Both the position numbers and the translations under genes were made by a program. 64,000 bases of DNA from a virus. A model generated the notes under the pieces. The model worked only from the letters and a program-made list of their open reading frames with translations. It did no database searches and was not told where the DNA came from. This document shows, piece after piece, positions 1 to 7,873 of this stretch (position 1 is the first letter of the stretch; every line of letters starts with the position of its first letter). Where the stretch lies: IMG/VR virus record IMGVR_UViG_3300039008_000077, positions 4,189 to 68,188 of that record; one strand, 5' to 3'.

Positions 1-652
1 CTTCGCCAGAGGATTGACCTCCTTCACCCTCTTGTGCTTCATCACCAGAGGACTCACCGTCACTCTGATCCTGAGACTGTTGCTGATCACGTTTCTCTGC
101 GAATTCGGCCAGCAATTTAGTAACACGAAGGGTATCATCCCACGTCTCAATTTGCATGGCAATATCCACCATCTTCTCCTCATCTTCGTCGAAGGCAAGA
201 GGAACAAGATTTCCGCATTTTGCATGGATGTTGAGTTTGTTCAGGAAGCCAAGTGTATTGGGGTCAATTCCTTTGATCCCAAATCGATCTGCATTCAGCA
301 TTTTCTGATATGCACGAACAAACATTCCGTACGTACCCGGATACTCACGACGAATCAGTTTCTCAATGCGGATATCTTCCACAATATTCAAAATAACCTG
401 TGGACAGCCCGGAATCTCTTCCTTGAGATCATGATTCCAGTCCTCTGGGGTAAACATAGCATGGCCCACCTCATGGGTGACCAGTAGGTTGTACACATCC
501 CTATCAGCATCTTCCCAAATAGGAAGACGCAACACCCGGTTTTGCGGATCGAAAGATGCGGTGGAATAGTTGCCGTGCAGTACGTCCAACTTCTCACCAG
601 CCATGATACGAGCCAGCTTCGGGGTTGCGTCAATGAAATTGTATTTGGCCAT
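1..652 (-). CDS. Putative zincin-like (HExxH) protein, 3'-truncated by the window edge; not in the supplied ORF track
   Basis: Manual translation from ATG at 652 gives MAKYNFIDATPKLARIMAGEKL...DVYNLLVTHEVGHAMFTP...NIVEDIRIEK..., open to base 1 and ending in an acidic linker. Resembles the conserved T4-like peptidase/VWA (CobT-like) protein. Confidence 0.7.
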   Translation of the reverse strand, partial: MAKYNFIDATPKLARIMAGEKLDVLHGNYSTASFDPQNRVLRLPIWEDADRDVYNLLVTHEVGHAMFTPEDWNHDLKEEIPGCPQVILNIVEDIRIEKLIRREYPGTYGMFVRAYQKMLNADRFGIKGIDPNTLGFLNKLNIHAKCGNLVPLAFDEDEEKMVDIAMQIETWDDTLRVTKLLAEFAEKRDQQQSQDQSDGESSGDEAQEGEGGQSSGE

Positions 653-675
653 GCCAATCTCCTTATCTTGAGAAT

Positions 676-704
676 GGTATAGCATATTGAATTTGGAAAG
701 TCAA
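676..704 (-). promoter_or_regulatory. Sigma70-type promoter upstream of the HExxH gene
   Basis: Minus strand TTGACT-N17-TATACC with a TGn extended -10, in the gap between gp46 and the gene starting at 652. Confidence 0.55.
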
Positions 705-716
705 CGGTTCCTTATA

Positions 717-2438
717 TCAATTTTCCTTCATAACAGAGAAATTGTTGGTCTTCTCGAATTTCAATCCATACTCGAACTTCTCGGCCATGAGATGGCCCTT
801 GTGAGAGATAACAAATACATTAGTATCGGCATCCAGAGTAGACAAAATTTTCATCAGATTGTCAATCCCATCAACATCCAAAGAAGAGTCAAAGGTCTCG
901 TCAAGAATAAGCAGGTTGGTAGCAACACTGTTCTTCATCTTAGCAATCTGACGCCAAGTAAACAGAATGGCTAGGTCAATACGTTGCTTCTCTCCTTCAG
1001 AGAATGAAGAATAGGAAAAGCTATCACGGTGTCTAGACAGAATAGTTTCATTGAAAGACTCGTCCATCTCAAACAGAACGAAGAAATCAAGGACATGTAG
1101 GTACTCATTGATGAGTCTATTCATGGCCGGGAGATACTGCTTGATTATCTTGGTCTTGATACCAGAATCCTTCAGCATCTCGAATACTACGGAGTTGTAG
1201 CTCATCTCTTCGGTCAAGGTGACCTTGCGTTCTCTATACTGACTCAGCTCAGCCTGAATAGCATCAAGAGATTCACGGGCAGTCATGGTGTCTTCCGCCT
1301 TCTTCTGAAGAATAGAGACTTCACCCTGAAGCGTAGTGATTTGTTTCATGATTTGCTTGGCCTCAGAGTTGTAGCCCGCAATGCGCTTCTCATCCCGCTG
1401 GATAGCGTCCATAACCTTGGATAGGGCATCCATGAGTTTCATGGCGTCATCACGCTCAGCCTCGTGTTCGGTGATATATCCGATGGCAACTTCGACATCA
1501 TGATTCAGATCTCGAATCTTGGTGGCCTTGAACTCTTCTTCGATGTCCTGAGTACACGTTGGGCAGCTGTCATTGTGCTCAAAGAACGTGAGGTGTTTTG
1601 CAGCAGCCTTGTGTTCAGCCCCAAGGGTAGCCAGCCTCTCACGGATCACCTTCAGCTTAGAATCGATCTCCTTCTTGTGAGCCTTATATTCGGCACGGGA
1701 GTTGTCGATCTTCTCCTGTAGGCCATCTGCCTTACCCGCAAGGGCTTTGCCTTGCTCAGTAAGGTCTTTGATAAGCTGCTGCTTTTCTGCCAGCTGGTCG
1801 TCAGCCATGGCTTCCAGCTGAGCGATGTGATCGGTCTGCATGTCCACCTTGCCTTCCAGCAGGGAGGTTTGGATGGTTACATCCTTGGTCTCATCACGTA
1901 CACGAGCGGACTCTTCCTTGAGCAGCTGGTTCATCTGGGTAAACACAGAGATGTCAAGAAGGTTCTCAATGACCTGACGGCGGTGGTTAGCTGTCAGCTG
2001 CATGAAAGGTGTGAAGGAAGAAGAACCGAGAACCACAACCTGATGGAAGGTCTTATAGTTCATCTTCAGGACATTCTGTTCTAGGAAGAGCTGGTAGTCC
2101 CGCACAGTAGAAGACTGGTCTAACAGATTCCCATTCATGTAGATTTCGAATTTGGCCGGGCTGATACAGCGGCGGACCTTGTACTGCTTCTTACCAGCCT
2201 CAAATTCAACCTCAACTACAGCATTCTTCTGGTTCACAGAGTTGACCAGCTGCGGCTTGTTGATGTTACGGTGGGCCTTGCCGAACAGGGCGAAGGCCAG
2301 AGCATCAAGCATGGTGGATTTACCTGCACCATTACCCCCGGTCACAAGAGTAGCCGGGGAGCGCAGGAAGTCGATTTCAGTAAACGTGTCGCCGGTACTC
2401 AAAAAATTTCGGTATCTGAGTTTGCTAAAAATAATCAA
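717..2438 (-). CDS. gp46: Recombination endonuclease ATPase subunit (Rad50/SbcC-like)
   Basis: Walker A GGNGAGKST, long coiled coil with a CPTC zinc hook, FSEGEKQR signature, LLILDE Walker B. Confidence 0.97.
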   Translation of the reverse strand: MIIFSKLRYRNFLSTGDTFTEIDFLRSPATLVTGGNGAGKSTMLDALAFALFGKAHRNINKPQLVNSVNQKNAVVEVEFEAGKKQYKVRRCISPAKFEIYMNGNLLDQSSTVRDYQLFLEQNVLKMNYKTFHQVVVLGSSSFTPFMQLTANHRRQVIENLLDISVFTQMNQLLKEESARVRDETKDVTIQTSLLEGKVDMQTDHIAQLEAMADDQLAEKQQLIKDLTEQGKALAGKADGLQEKIDNSRAEYKAHKKEIDSKLKVIRERLATLGAEHKAAAKHLTFFEHNDSCPTCTQDIEEEFKATKIRDLNHDVEVAIGYITEHEAERDDAMKLMDALSKVMDAIQRDEKRIAGYNSEAKQIMKQITTLQGEVSILQKKAEDTMTARESLDAIQAELSQYRERKVTLTEEMSYNSVVFEMLKDSGIKTKIIKQYLPAMNRLINEYLHVLDFFVLFEMDESFNETILSRHRDSFSYSSFSEGEKQRIDLAILFTWRQIAKMKNSVATNLLILDETFDSSLDVDGIDNLMKILSTLDADTNVFVISHKGHLMAEKFEYGLKFEKTNNFSVMKEN

Positions 2439-2447
2439 TTGTGTTCC

Positions 2448-3509
2448 TCAATGTAAATCCATGTTCTGCGCCTCTGTATACAGGCGCTGCATAATATTTT
2501 TGAGGCGATCACGATCCAGAGGAGTATCCACAGCCTCAACATATTCGTTCAGGAGCTGGGAGGTATCTTGAAAGTCGATCTCTTCTTCTACACTGTCACC
2601 AGAGTAGTCATTGAAGTTCTCGGCAATTTTCAGGTCGTGATACCGACACTCAGAGATTTTATCGATGAATTTATCAAACAGGTACGGGTTGGATTTCTTG
2701 ACCACCACAACCTTGACGAATTTATCATTGTAGTCATCGGAATTGAACGTACCTAGATGATCATTCAACTCGTCATTATACAACACTTTCTTGTACATTG
2801 TCAAGGGAACACGGACTTCTTCCACATCACCCGAATCCCAATCCAGCACATGAAAGTACTTAGGATCGTCAGCATCTGCCCACGTAAATTCCATTTGGGA
2901 GCCAAGGTACATGATATTACCCTTACGACTCTTCTTGTGAAAGTGACCAGACATAACAAGCTCGTACTGATGCAGGGAAGATGTATCCATACCGTGAGTG
3001 GATTCCACACCGGGATGCATCTCAAAGCCAGCAATCTCAAAGTGACCGAGAATCATATCGGCCTCACCGGCCTCAAGGAAGCTCATGCACTGGCCATAGT
3101 TATCCGTTGTAATCCAAGGGATGAAGCCTAGCTTCTTCTTGCCACGTTGCAGAATGATAGGGTCATGGTGGAGGGTTATGTTATCATAGCCTGCAAACAC
3201 AAGATCCAGAGAACACAGCTTGTTGGTGTTCTTGAAATATACATCGTGATTGCCGGGCTTCACATCCATGGTGAATCCATACTCAAGCATAGGATTCAGG
3301 AAGTGTTCACGGTTGGCAGCTACACCCTTTACGTTAAGGTGCTTGCGGTGCTCGCAGTAGTCGCCATCGTGGATGATATGGTCAATGCCGTTTTCCTTCA
3401 TATACGGGAAGAGGCAGTCTTGGTAGAAACGTCTCTGATAATCAATGAACACATCAGAGGAGTTACGCACGCACATATGCGTATCATTTAGAATGATCGA
3501 TTTCGTCAT
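2448..3509 (-). CDS. gp47: Recombination endonuclease nuclease subunit (Mre11/SbcD-like)
   Basis: Metallophosphoesterase motifs NDTH, GNHD, GHFH. Start reassigned to MTKSIILNDTH at 3509, overlapping the end of gp55. Confidence 0.95.
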   Translation of the reverse strand: MTKSIILNDTHMCVRNSSDVFIDYQRRFYQDCLFPYMKENGIDHIIHDGDYCEHRKHLNVKGVAANREHFLNPMLEYGFTMDVKPGNHDVYFKNTNKLCSLDLVFAGYDNITLHHDPIILQRGKKKLGFIPWITTDNYGQCMSFLEAGEADMILGHFEIAGFEMHPGVESTHGMDTSSLHQYELVMSGHFHKKSRKGNIMYLGSQMEFTWADADDPKYFHVLDWDSGDVEEVRVPLTMYKKVLYNDELNDHLGTFNSDDYNDKFVKVVVVKKSNPYLFDKFIDKISECRYHDLKIAENFNDYSGDSVEEEIDFQDTSQLLNEYVEAVDTPLDRDRLKNIMQRLYTEAQNMDLH

Positions 3510-4089
3510 CTTCATCATCAAATAGTGGAGTGGTCTTTTGCTTCTTGCGGTTATTCGCAGGAGTAGACCATCCATGGTGAGCCTGCTTCGAATCCTCTTT
3601 CTTCTTCTCATATGAGGAGGTGGAGGAACGAAGTTCACTAATCAGTGAAGAGGTAGCCTCTGCGCCAGCCTCATCACCGGGTACCATAAAGGCATCCAGA
3701 GCTGATCGGTTAATCATCTCGATCTTAATATTAACTTGTTTCTCTTCTGCTTGGATGCGGCGCACCATAGCATAGAAGGCAATTGTAGAGAAATAAGAGT
3801 GGGCGTTGGGGTTACCGCTACGGGTCGCAGCCTCAGAGTCGTAATTACCCAACGCCTTAGTGCAGTTTTCTAGAGCATCACTAACCATCTCATCCCGATA
3901 AGAGTAGTATCGGAAATTAGGTCGCATAGACACACCCTCGCAAATACGAAGGATACTGGTGCCGATGTAAGATGATGCTCTAGGGGGTTCTTTGCCAGCG
4001 GCTTCTGCTTCGGCTCTTTTGAAACCATATTCAATTACAGCCGCAGAGAACTCCTTGTTATTGACATAGAAGTCTGTTTGGGTATTCAT
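3484..4089 (-). CDS. gp55: Late-transcription sigma factor
   Basis: YVNNKEF N-terminus and RPNFRYYSYRDEMVSDALENC...YFSTIAFYAMVRRIQAEEKQ, typical of gp55. Confidence 0.95.
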   Translation of the reverse strand: MNTQTDFYVNNKEFSAAVIEYGFKRAEAEAAGKEPPRASSYIGTSILRICEGVSMRPNFRYYSYRDEMVSDALENCTKALGNYDSEAATRSGNPNAHSYFSTIAFYAMVRRIQAEEKQVNIKIEMINRSALDAFMVPGDEAGAEATSSLISELRSSTSSYEKKKEDSKQAHHGWSTPANNRKKQKTTPLFDDEDDEIDHSK

Positions 4090-4116
4090 ACTACGCTCTT
4101 GTTATTGTTGAAACCG

Positions 4117-4145
4117 AGTATACCACATTTGGTACATGTTGTCAA
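4117..4145 (-). promoter_or_regulatory. Sigma70-type promoter for gp55
   Basis: TTGACA (4145-4140), N17 spacer, TATACT (4122-4117), 28 nt before the gp55 ATG. Confidence 0.8.
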
Positions 4146-4185
4146 GCACTTAGTAAAAAATATTGCAGTAACTGCATAAAGGGGG

Positions 4186-4215
4186 TTGACAATGATATAA
4201 GTCTCGGTGTATAAT
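4186..4215 (+). promoter_or_regulatory. Consensus sigma70-type promoter, divergent from gp55, with no long ORF downstream
   Basis: TTGACA (4186-4191), N18 spacer, TATAAT (4210-4215). Confidence 0.7.
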
Positions 4216-4318
4216 TGCCGTAGGCATAACACCGCTGAAAGCGGTTATGTTACTGCCAAAAACGGAAAAGAGTATACAACAGATTGAAAGTGAGCGCAAG
4301 CGAACACCACGAAGTGGT

Positions 4319-4340
4319 TAGTAACTGTAGTTACTATTTC
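4319..4340 (+). terminator. Short hairpin followed by a T run, possible end of a small plus-strand transcript
   Basis: TAGTAAC-tgta-GTTACTA then TTTC. Confidence 0.35.
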
Positions 4341-4343
4341 TCA

Positions 4344-4736
4344 CTACGTTCGAAAGGGCTTACGCCCAAACTTAATTACGTTGGTTTCCTGATTGGTTTC
4401 TACTTCGGTATCGTCGGATACTTGTGTCTGAATATCTTCCAACTCAGAAGCTACAATCATCAACCAGTCTTCCATCATATAATCTTCGGGAGCCACATCA
4501 CAGATAATGTGTTGCTTACCCATATTTATAAGAGTTTCAGAAGAGCCTTTCATGAACGTCACGAAGGCATAAGAACCGTAGATGGACCCGTCATCATCGT
4601 TGATATATTGAGTGAGAATCTTTTTGGGATTGTCGATCTCAATGCTGTCACCATTGTCTTTGATGACATGGCCTACGATCTCTTCACCGCTGGTAAGCTT
4701 GATGTAACGAATGTTCGGCAGTGCTTCTTCCATCAT
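4344..4736 (-). CDS. Conserved T4-like hypothetical protein downstream of uvsW (possible Sm-like fold)
   Basis: IRYIKLTSGEEIVG motif; position immediately after uvsW. Confidence 0.75.
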   Translation of the reverse strand: MMEEALPNIRYIKLTSGEEIVGHVIKDNGDSIEIDNPKKILTQYINDDDGSIYGSYAFVTFMKGSSETLINMGKQHIICDVAPEDYMMEDWLMIVASELEDIQTQVSDDTEVETNQETNVIKFGRKPFRT

Positions 4737-4738
4737 TA

Positions 4739-6241
4739 TTATCCTGTGTTGATGGTTATCATTTCATAGTTAAATTTTTCACGGACATACATCTCAAGCC
4801 GCAATGCACCATGCTTGAATGTGTAGTTGGCATGCTTGCCCGTTGACAGGTCATCCACAATGTCAATGAGGATACACCCCCGGCCATCTGTAGACTTACG
4901 CAGGCCACGTCCAATAGACTGTAGAACCGTTACTGATGATTTAGTAGGTGCTGCAAATACGATGTTATGAATATTCCGTATGTTGATGCCTGTAGAGAAT
5001 GTACCCAGAGATGCTACGATGATTGCGTTCTCTTCCTTCTCCACAATGGCCCTGATCTCTTCACGAGTGTCCGTCTCGGTTCCGCCGTAGACTAGGAAGA
5101 TCTTGCGTTTCTTGTGGGCCTTTTCCTTGAACAGATTATACAGGTGTCTGCCATGATCGACATGACGGAACATAACAATGGTGTTGCCGTCTAGGTCCAG
5201 AGTGACATTGCGAATGTATTTGTTTCGCCACTCATGACTATTTATGAAGCTCACTTCGGAGTTATAATCAGACTTCTTCATGAGCTTGCATGTGTCGGAC
5301 GGGTACTTGAGCCGGACAATCTTGATGTCCAGTTCAGATATGTGGCCTTCATCCATAAGCTTCTTGGTCGTCGTGACGTGCTTGATGGGACCGAATAGAC
5401 CTTCCAGTACCATCTCGTTTACAACGCCGTCCTTGAGCGTACCAGTGGTGCCTAGACGGTATTTGGCGTTGATACAGTTCTCCATGATGCCAGTCAGAGA
5501 CTTGGCCGTAAATGTATGGGCTTCGTCACCGATCACACCCACGCAGTCCTGTAGGTATCTCTTGGGGAATTTAACTAGGGATTGCCATGTGGTGATCGTG
5601 ATGCCGCTGGTCACTTTGGACTTGCCTTCGTATACCTTATTGCAGTGCTCATCCACGTCCCAGTGATCATCGTACTGAGAGTATTCTCCAAAGTCCTTGT
5701 ACATCTGTTCCACCAGCGAAGTGGTCGGGACCACGAGCACAATCGGCTTGTCCGATTGTAGGCGAATCCAGCGCAATACGCAGTAGATGATTAGGGACTT
5801 GCCAGAGGATGTAGGGCTTATCAGGAGAGAGCCTTGCTCTGTGATAGCATGGTAGATAGCCTCAAGCTGATATGGGCGAGGCGTAATCTTCTGGCCATCG
5901 GCATGAAGGTTCAGGCCCTCAAGGAATTCCGCAAAGTCATCGAAGTCGATCTTGACCTGTTCGCCGGGCGCAACTTCCCAGTCCGTGGACTCGGGGATGA
6001 AGTTGTATCCAGAGATGTCACAGAACTCTTTAATCTGGCGATGTAGGCCAGCATAGATTTTACGGGTCTTGGGGTTCAGGAGGCGGATGAAGCCATCCCA
6101 GCGGCCAGTCTTATAAGAAGACATGAAATAACAGCCGGGTACCTGAAAGCTGAAGTGCTCCCACATTTCCCGAATCACACCGGAGTTAGCATCGATTTGT
6201 AGGTAGGTGCTATTAAGCTTCTTGACACGAACGTCAGACAT
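4739..6241 (-). CDS. uvsW: SF2 RNA-DNA/DNA-DNA helicase UvsW
   Basis: SPTSSGKS Walker A, GDEAH, GTTGT, FSTGINI, QSIGRGLR; lies next to uvsY. Confidence 0.96.
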   Translation of the reverse strand: MSDVRVKKLNSTYLQIDANSGVIREMWEHFSFQVPGCYFMSSYKTGRWDGFIRLLNPKTRKIYAGLHRQIKEFCDISGYNFIPESTDWEVAPGEQVKIDFDDFAEFLEGLNLHADGQKITPRPYQLEAIYHAITEQGSLLISPTSSGKSLIIYCVLRWIRLQSDKPIVLVVPTTSLVEQMYKDFGEYSQYDDHWDVDEHCNKVYEGKSKVTSGITITTWQSLVKFPKRYLQDCVGVIGDEAHTFTAKSLTGIMENCINAKYRLGTTGTLKDGVVNEMVLEGLFGPIKHVTTTKKLMDEGHISELDIKIVRLKYPSDTCKLMKKSDYNSEVSFINSHEWRNKYIRNVTLDLDGNTIVMFRHVDHGRHLYNLFKEKAHKKRKIFLVYGGTETDTREEIRAIVEKEENAIIVASLGTFSTGINIRNIHNIVFAAPTKSSVTVLQSIGRGLRKSTDGRGCILIDIVDDLSTGKHANYTFKHGALRLEMYVREKFNYEMITINTG

Positions 6242-6276
6242 AAAAAAATATCCCCAATCTCTCGGGGATATTTATC
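6242..6276 (-). promoter_or_regulatory. Hairpin over the uvsW ribosome-binding site, overlapped by a late-promoter variant
   Basis: 10-bp stem AAATATCCCC / GGGGATATTT (6273-6264 / 6255-6246), T7 run abutting the ATG, GATAAATA at 6276-6269. Confidence 0.6.
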
Positions 6277-6571
6277 AGTTACGAATTGGACTTGACTCGG
6301 CTACAAACTCGTCCCATGAGATAGGCTCTGTGAGCCCTTTAAGTTCATAGAGCTTACCTGTCACATAGTGATGGTATCGATTCCTCATGAATTGATGCTC
6401 ATCAATGCCATACTCAAATGCGGCCTTGGCTACCCAGTATTCAAAATGGTTTTTGGGGTGGTCTACTTGGCCACAAGCTCGGCCAGCTACTGACCGGTTC
6501 CACTCACGAGACATCCTGTAGGCGTCTTCCATAATCTTGTCGTAATCATCATCAGTCATTTTATCCTCCAC
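6275..6571 (-). CDS. Hypothetical protein
   Basis: 98-aa ORF filling the gap between uvsY and uvsW, overlapping the uvsY stop. Confidence 0.7.
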   Translation of the reverse strand: MEDKMTDDDYDKIMEDAYRMSREWNRSVAGRACGQVDHPKNHFEYWVAKAAFEYGIDEHQFMRNRYHHYVTGKLYELKGLTEPISWDEFVAESSPIRN

Positions 6572-7013
6572 TCATGAACCTAGCCCAGTCAATCGCATTG
6601 CGGATGTGGGTATGCCGCCATTTAATCGCTTCCACAACATCAATCACAAAGTCACGGATGTCTGTCAGCTCCTGTAGCTCCTCACGGACCTTGGCCACGT
6701 CATCATCGACACTGACCCAATCCTTGAGTTCGCCTTTCATGGGCTTGATACGCCCGTTAAATGGATTATGGTCCCATCCCAGTTCATTAACTTTCTCGGG
6801 AGACAGGTAGCCGCCCAGATGTTCCTTCTTGAGATGTGTGAGCTTTTCCAGCTCGAATTGTTTCTTGCGCACTAGCTTGCGCATTACATTTAGGTGTCCG
6901 GTCCACTTGGAGTGGAGGTATGGCACCCGCAGCGCTTCATCATCAAGTTTGGTTTTGTCAATGGGGGAGTCTTCTGACCATTCTCGTTGCAATTCCTTTA
7001 GCAAATCACTCAC
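6561..7013 (-). CDS. uvsY: Recombination mediator UvsY
   Basis: WSEDSPID...EALRVPYLHSKW...IRNAIDWARFMSG pattern; lies between gp3 and uvsW. Confidence 0.9.
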   Translation of the reverse strand: MSDLLKELQREWSEDSPIDKTKLDDEALRVPYLHSKWTGHLNVMRKLVRKKQFELEKLTHLKKEHLGGYLSPEKVNELGWDHNPFNGRIKPMKGELKDWVSVDDDVAKVREELQELTDIRDFVIDVVEAIKWRHTHIRNAIDWARFMSGG

Positions 7014-7447
7014 GCTTTGCGAAACCTCGTATATTTGATAGTGGCATCTATAGAAATCACTTCGTCGGACTGATCGCCGGTATTAAAGGGAATCTGTCCA
7101 AGAGACTCTATTAGAGCGCCTTCATATTTAATCTGCGACGTGGGCTTATCATTAGCTCCATAAGCTGTCAGTATAACATCTCTGGTATCTTCTGACAAGA
7201 GCCAATCGTACAAGGTCCAATAGTTATTGAGCTGAGCATCTAGCTGTACCCGGATAGACAGGTCTTCCCATTGATACCGAGAACCATGATAGGGTACATC
7301 ATGTGTGCGAGCGGGAGCCATTGCGGCTGGCCGAGTTAGGCCCGGATGCGGCCATTCAACTACGGACAGTTCAACACCCTTTAGTGATGCGTCATCAAAG
7401 GTCAGACTGAACCTTGTGTTTGTTAAATATGAATTTGAGATAGACAT
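7010..7447 (-). CDS. gp3: Tail tube terminator / tail completion protein
   Basis: YLTNTRFSL...HPGLT...WEDLSIRVQLDAQLNNYWTLYDWL tube-protein fold; late promoter upstream. Confidence 0.85.
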   Translation of the reverse strand: MSISNSYLTNTRFSLTFDDASLKGVELSVVEWPHPGLTRPAAMAPARTHDVPYHGSRYQWEDLSIRVQLDAQLNNYWTLYDWLLSEDTRDVILTAYGANDKPTSQIKYEGALIESLGQIPFNTGDQSDEVISIDATIKYTRFRKA

Positions 7448-7448
7448 G

Positions 7449-7476
7449 TTGACATCCTATTTTGTTCGTGTATATT
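7449..7476 (+). promoter_or_regulatory. Possible sigma70-type promoter for the plus-strand orphan gene
   Basis: TTGACA (7449-7454), N16 spacer, TATATT (7471-7476); overlaps the opposite-strand late promoter. Confidence 0.45.
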
Positions 7477-7480
7477 TATA
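7473..7480 (-). promoter_or_regulatory. T4-type late promoter (gp3-uvsY)
   Basis: Exact TATAAATA 26 nt upstream of gp3. Confidence 0.85.
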
Positions 7481-7500
7481 TCAGAAACTAGGAGAGACCC

Positions 7501-7794
7501 ATGGCTAAGCAACACGAAAATTTGATTCCGGGCGTTACCAAATGCAACCGCCCGAAGATTTCTAGTCACGGTGGTCGCACGTGGGATAGTTGCGACATCA
7601 CCCTGAAAGATGGAACTCAAATTAAAGGGTTTCTTGACACGACTTGGGGAGATTACGTCTACTTTGAGTATGATGGTGCGTGGCGCAAGTTCAGCCTTGT
7701 GCATGCCGATACTCATTTTGTAGATCTGCACGACCCGCTCCGTAATGTGTTTGATTTCCGTGAGTTCAAGCTTCCTGTACCGAAGGTATCATAG
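7501..7794 (+). CDS. Hypothetical protein on the opposite strand between gp23 and gp3
   Basis: 97-aa ORF with a GGAG Shine-Dalgarno; fills an intergenic gap without overlap. Confidence 0.75.
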   Translation: MAKQHENLIPGVTKCNRPKISSHGGRTWDSCDITLKDGTQIKGFLDTTWGDYVYFEYDGAWRKFSLVHADTHFVDLHDPLRNVFDFREFKLPVPKVS

Positions 7795-7813
7795 TCACGT
7801 TGAAGTGGAATCT

Positions 7814-7846
7814 GGAAAAGAAAAGGGCGAGCCCTAAAGCTCGCCC
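7814..7846 (-). terminator. Rho-independent terminator after gp23
   Basis: GGGCGAGC-N6-GCTCGCCC stem followed by TTTTCTTTTCC on the minus strand. Confidence 0.85.
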
Positions 7847-7873
7847 CATTCAATTCAGGTATCCGAATTCGGA

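Noticed and set aside
14-657. Track ORFs 14..487 (+) and 388..657 (-)
   Set aside because: Shadows of the real minus-strand gene that starts at 652 in another frame and has clear HExxH motifs.
3510-3638. 43-aa N-terminal extension of gp47 in the ORF track
   Set aside because: It overlaps the gp55 coding region; homology begins at MTKSIILNDTH.
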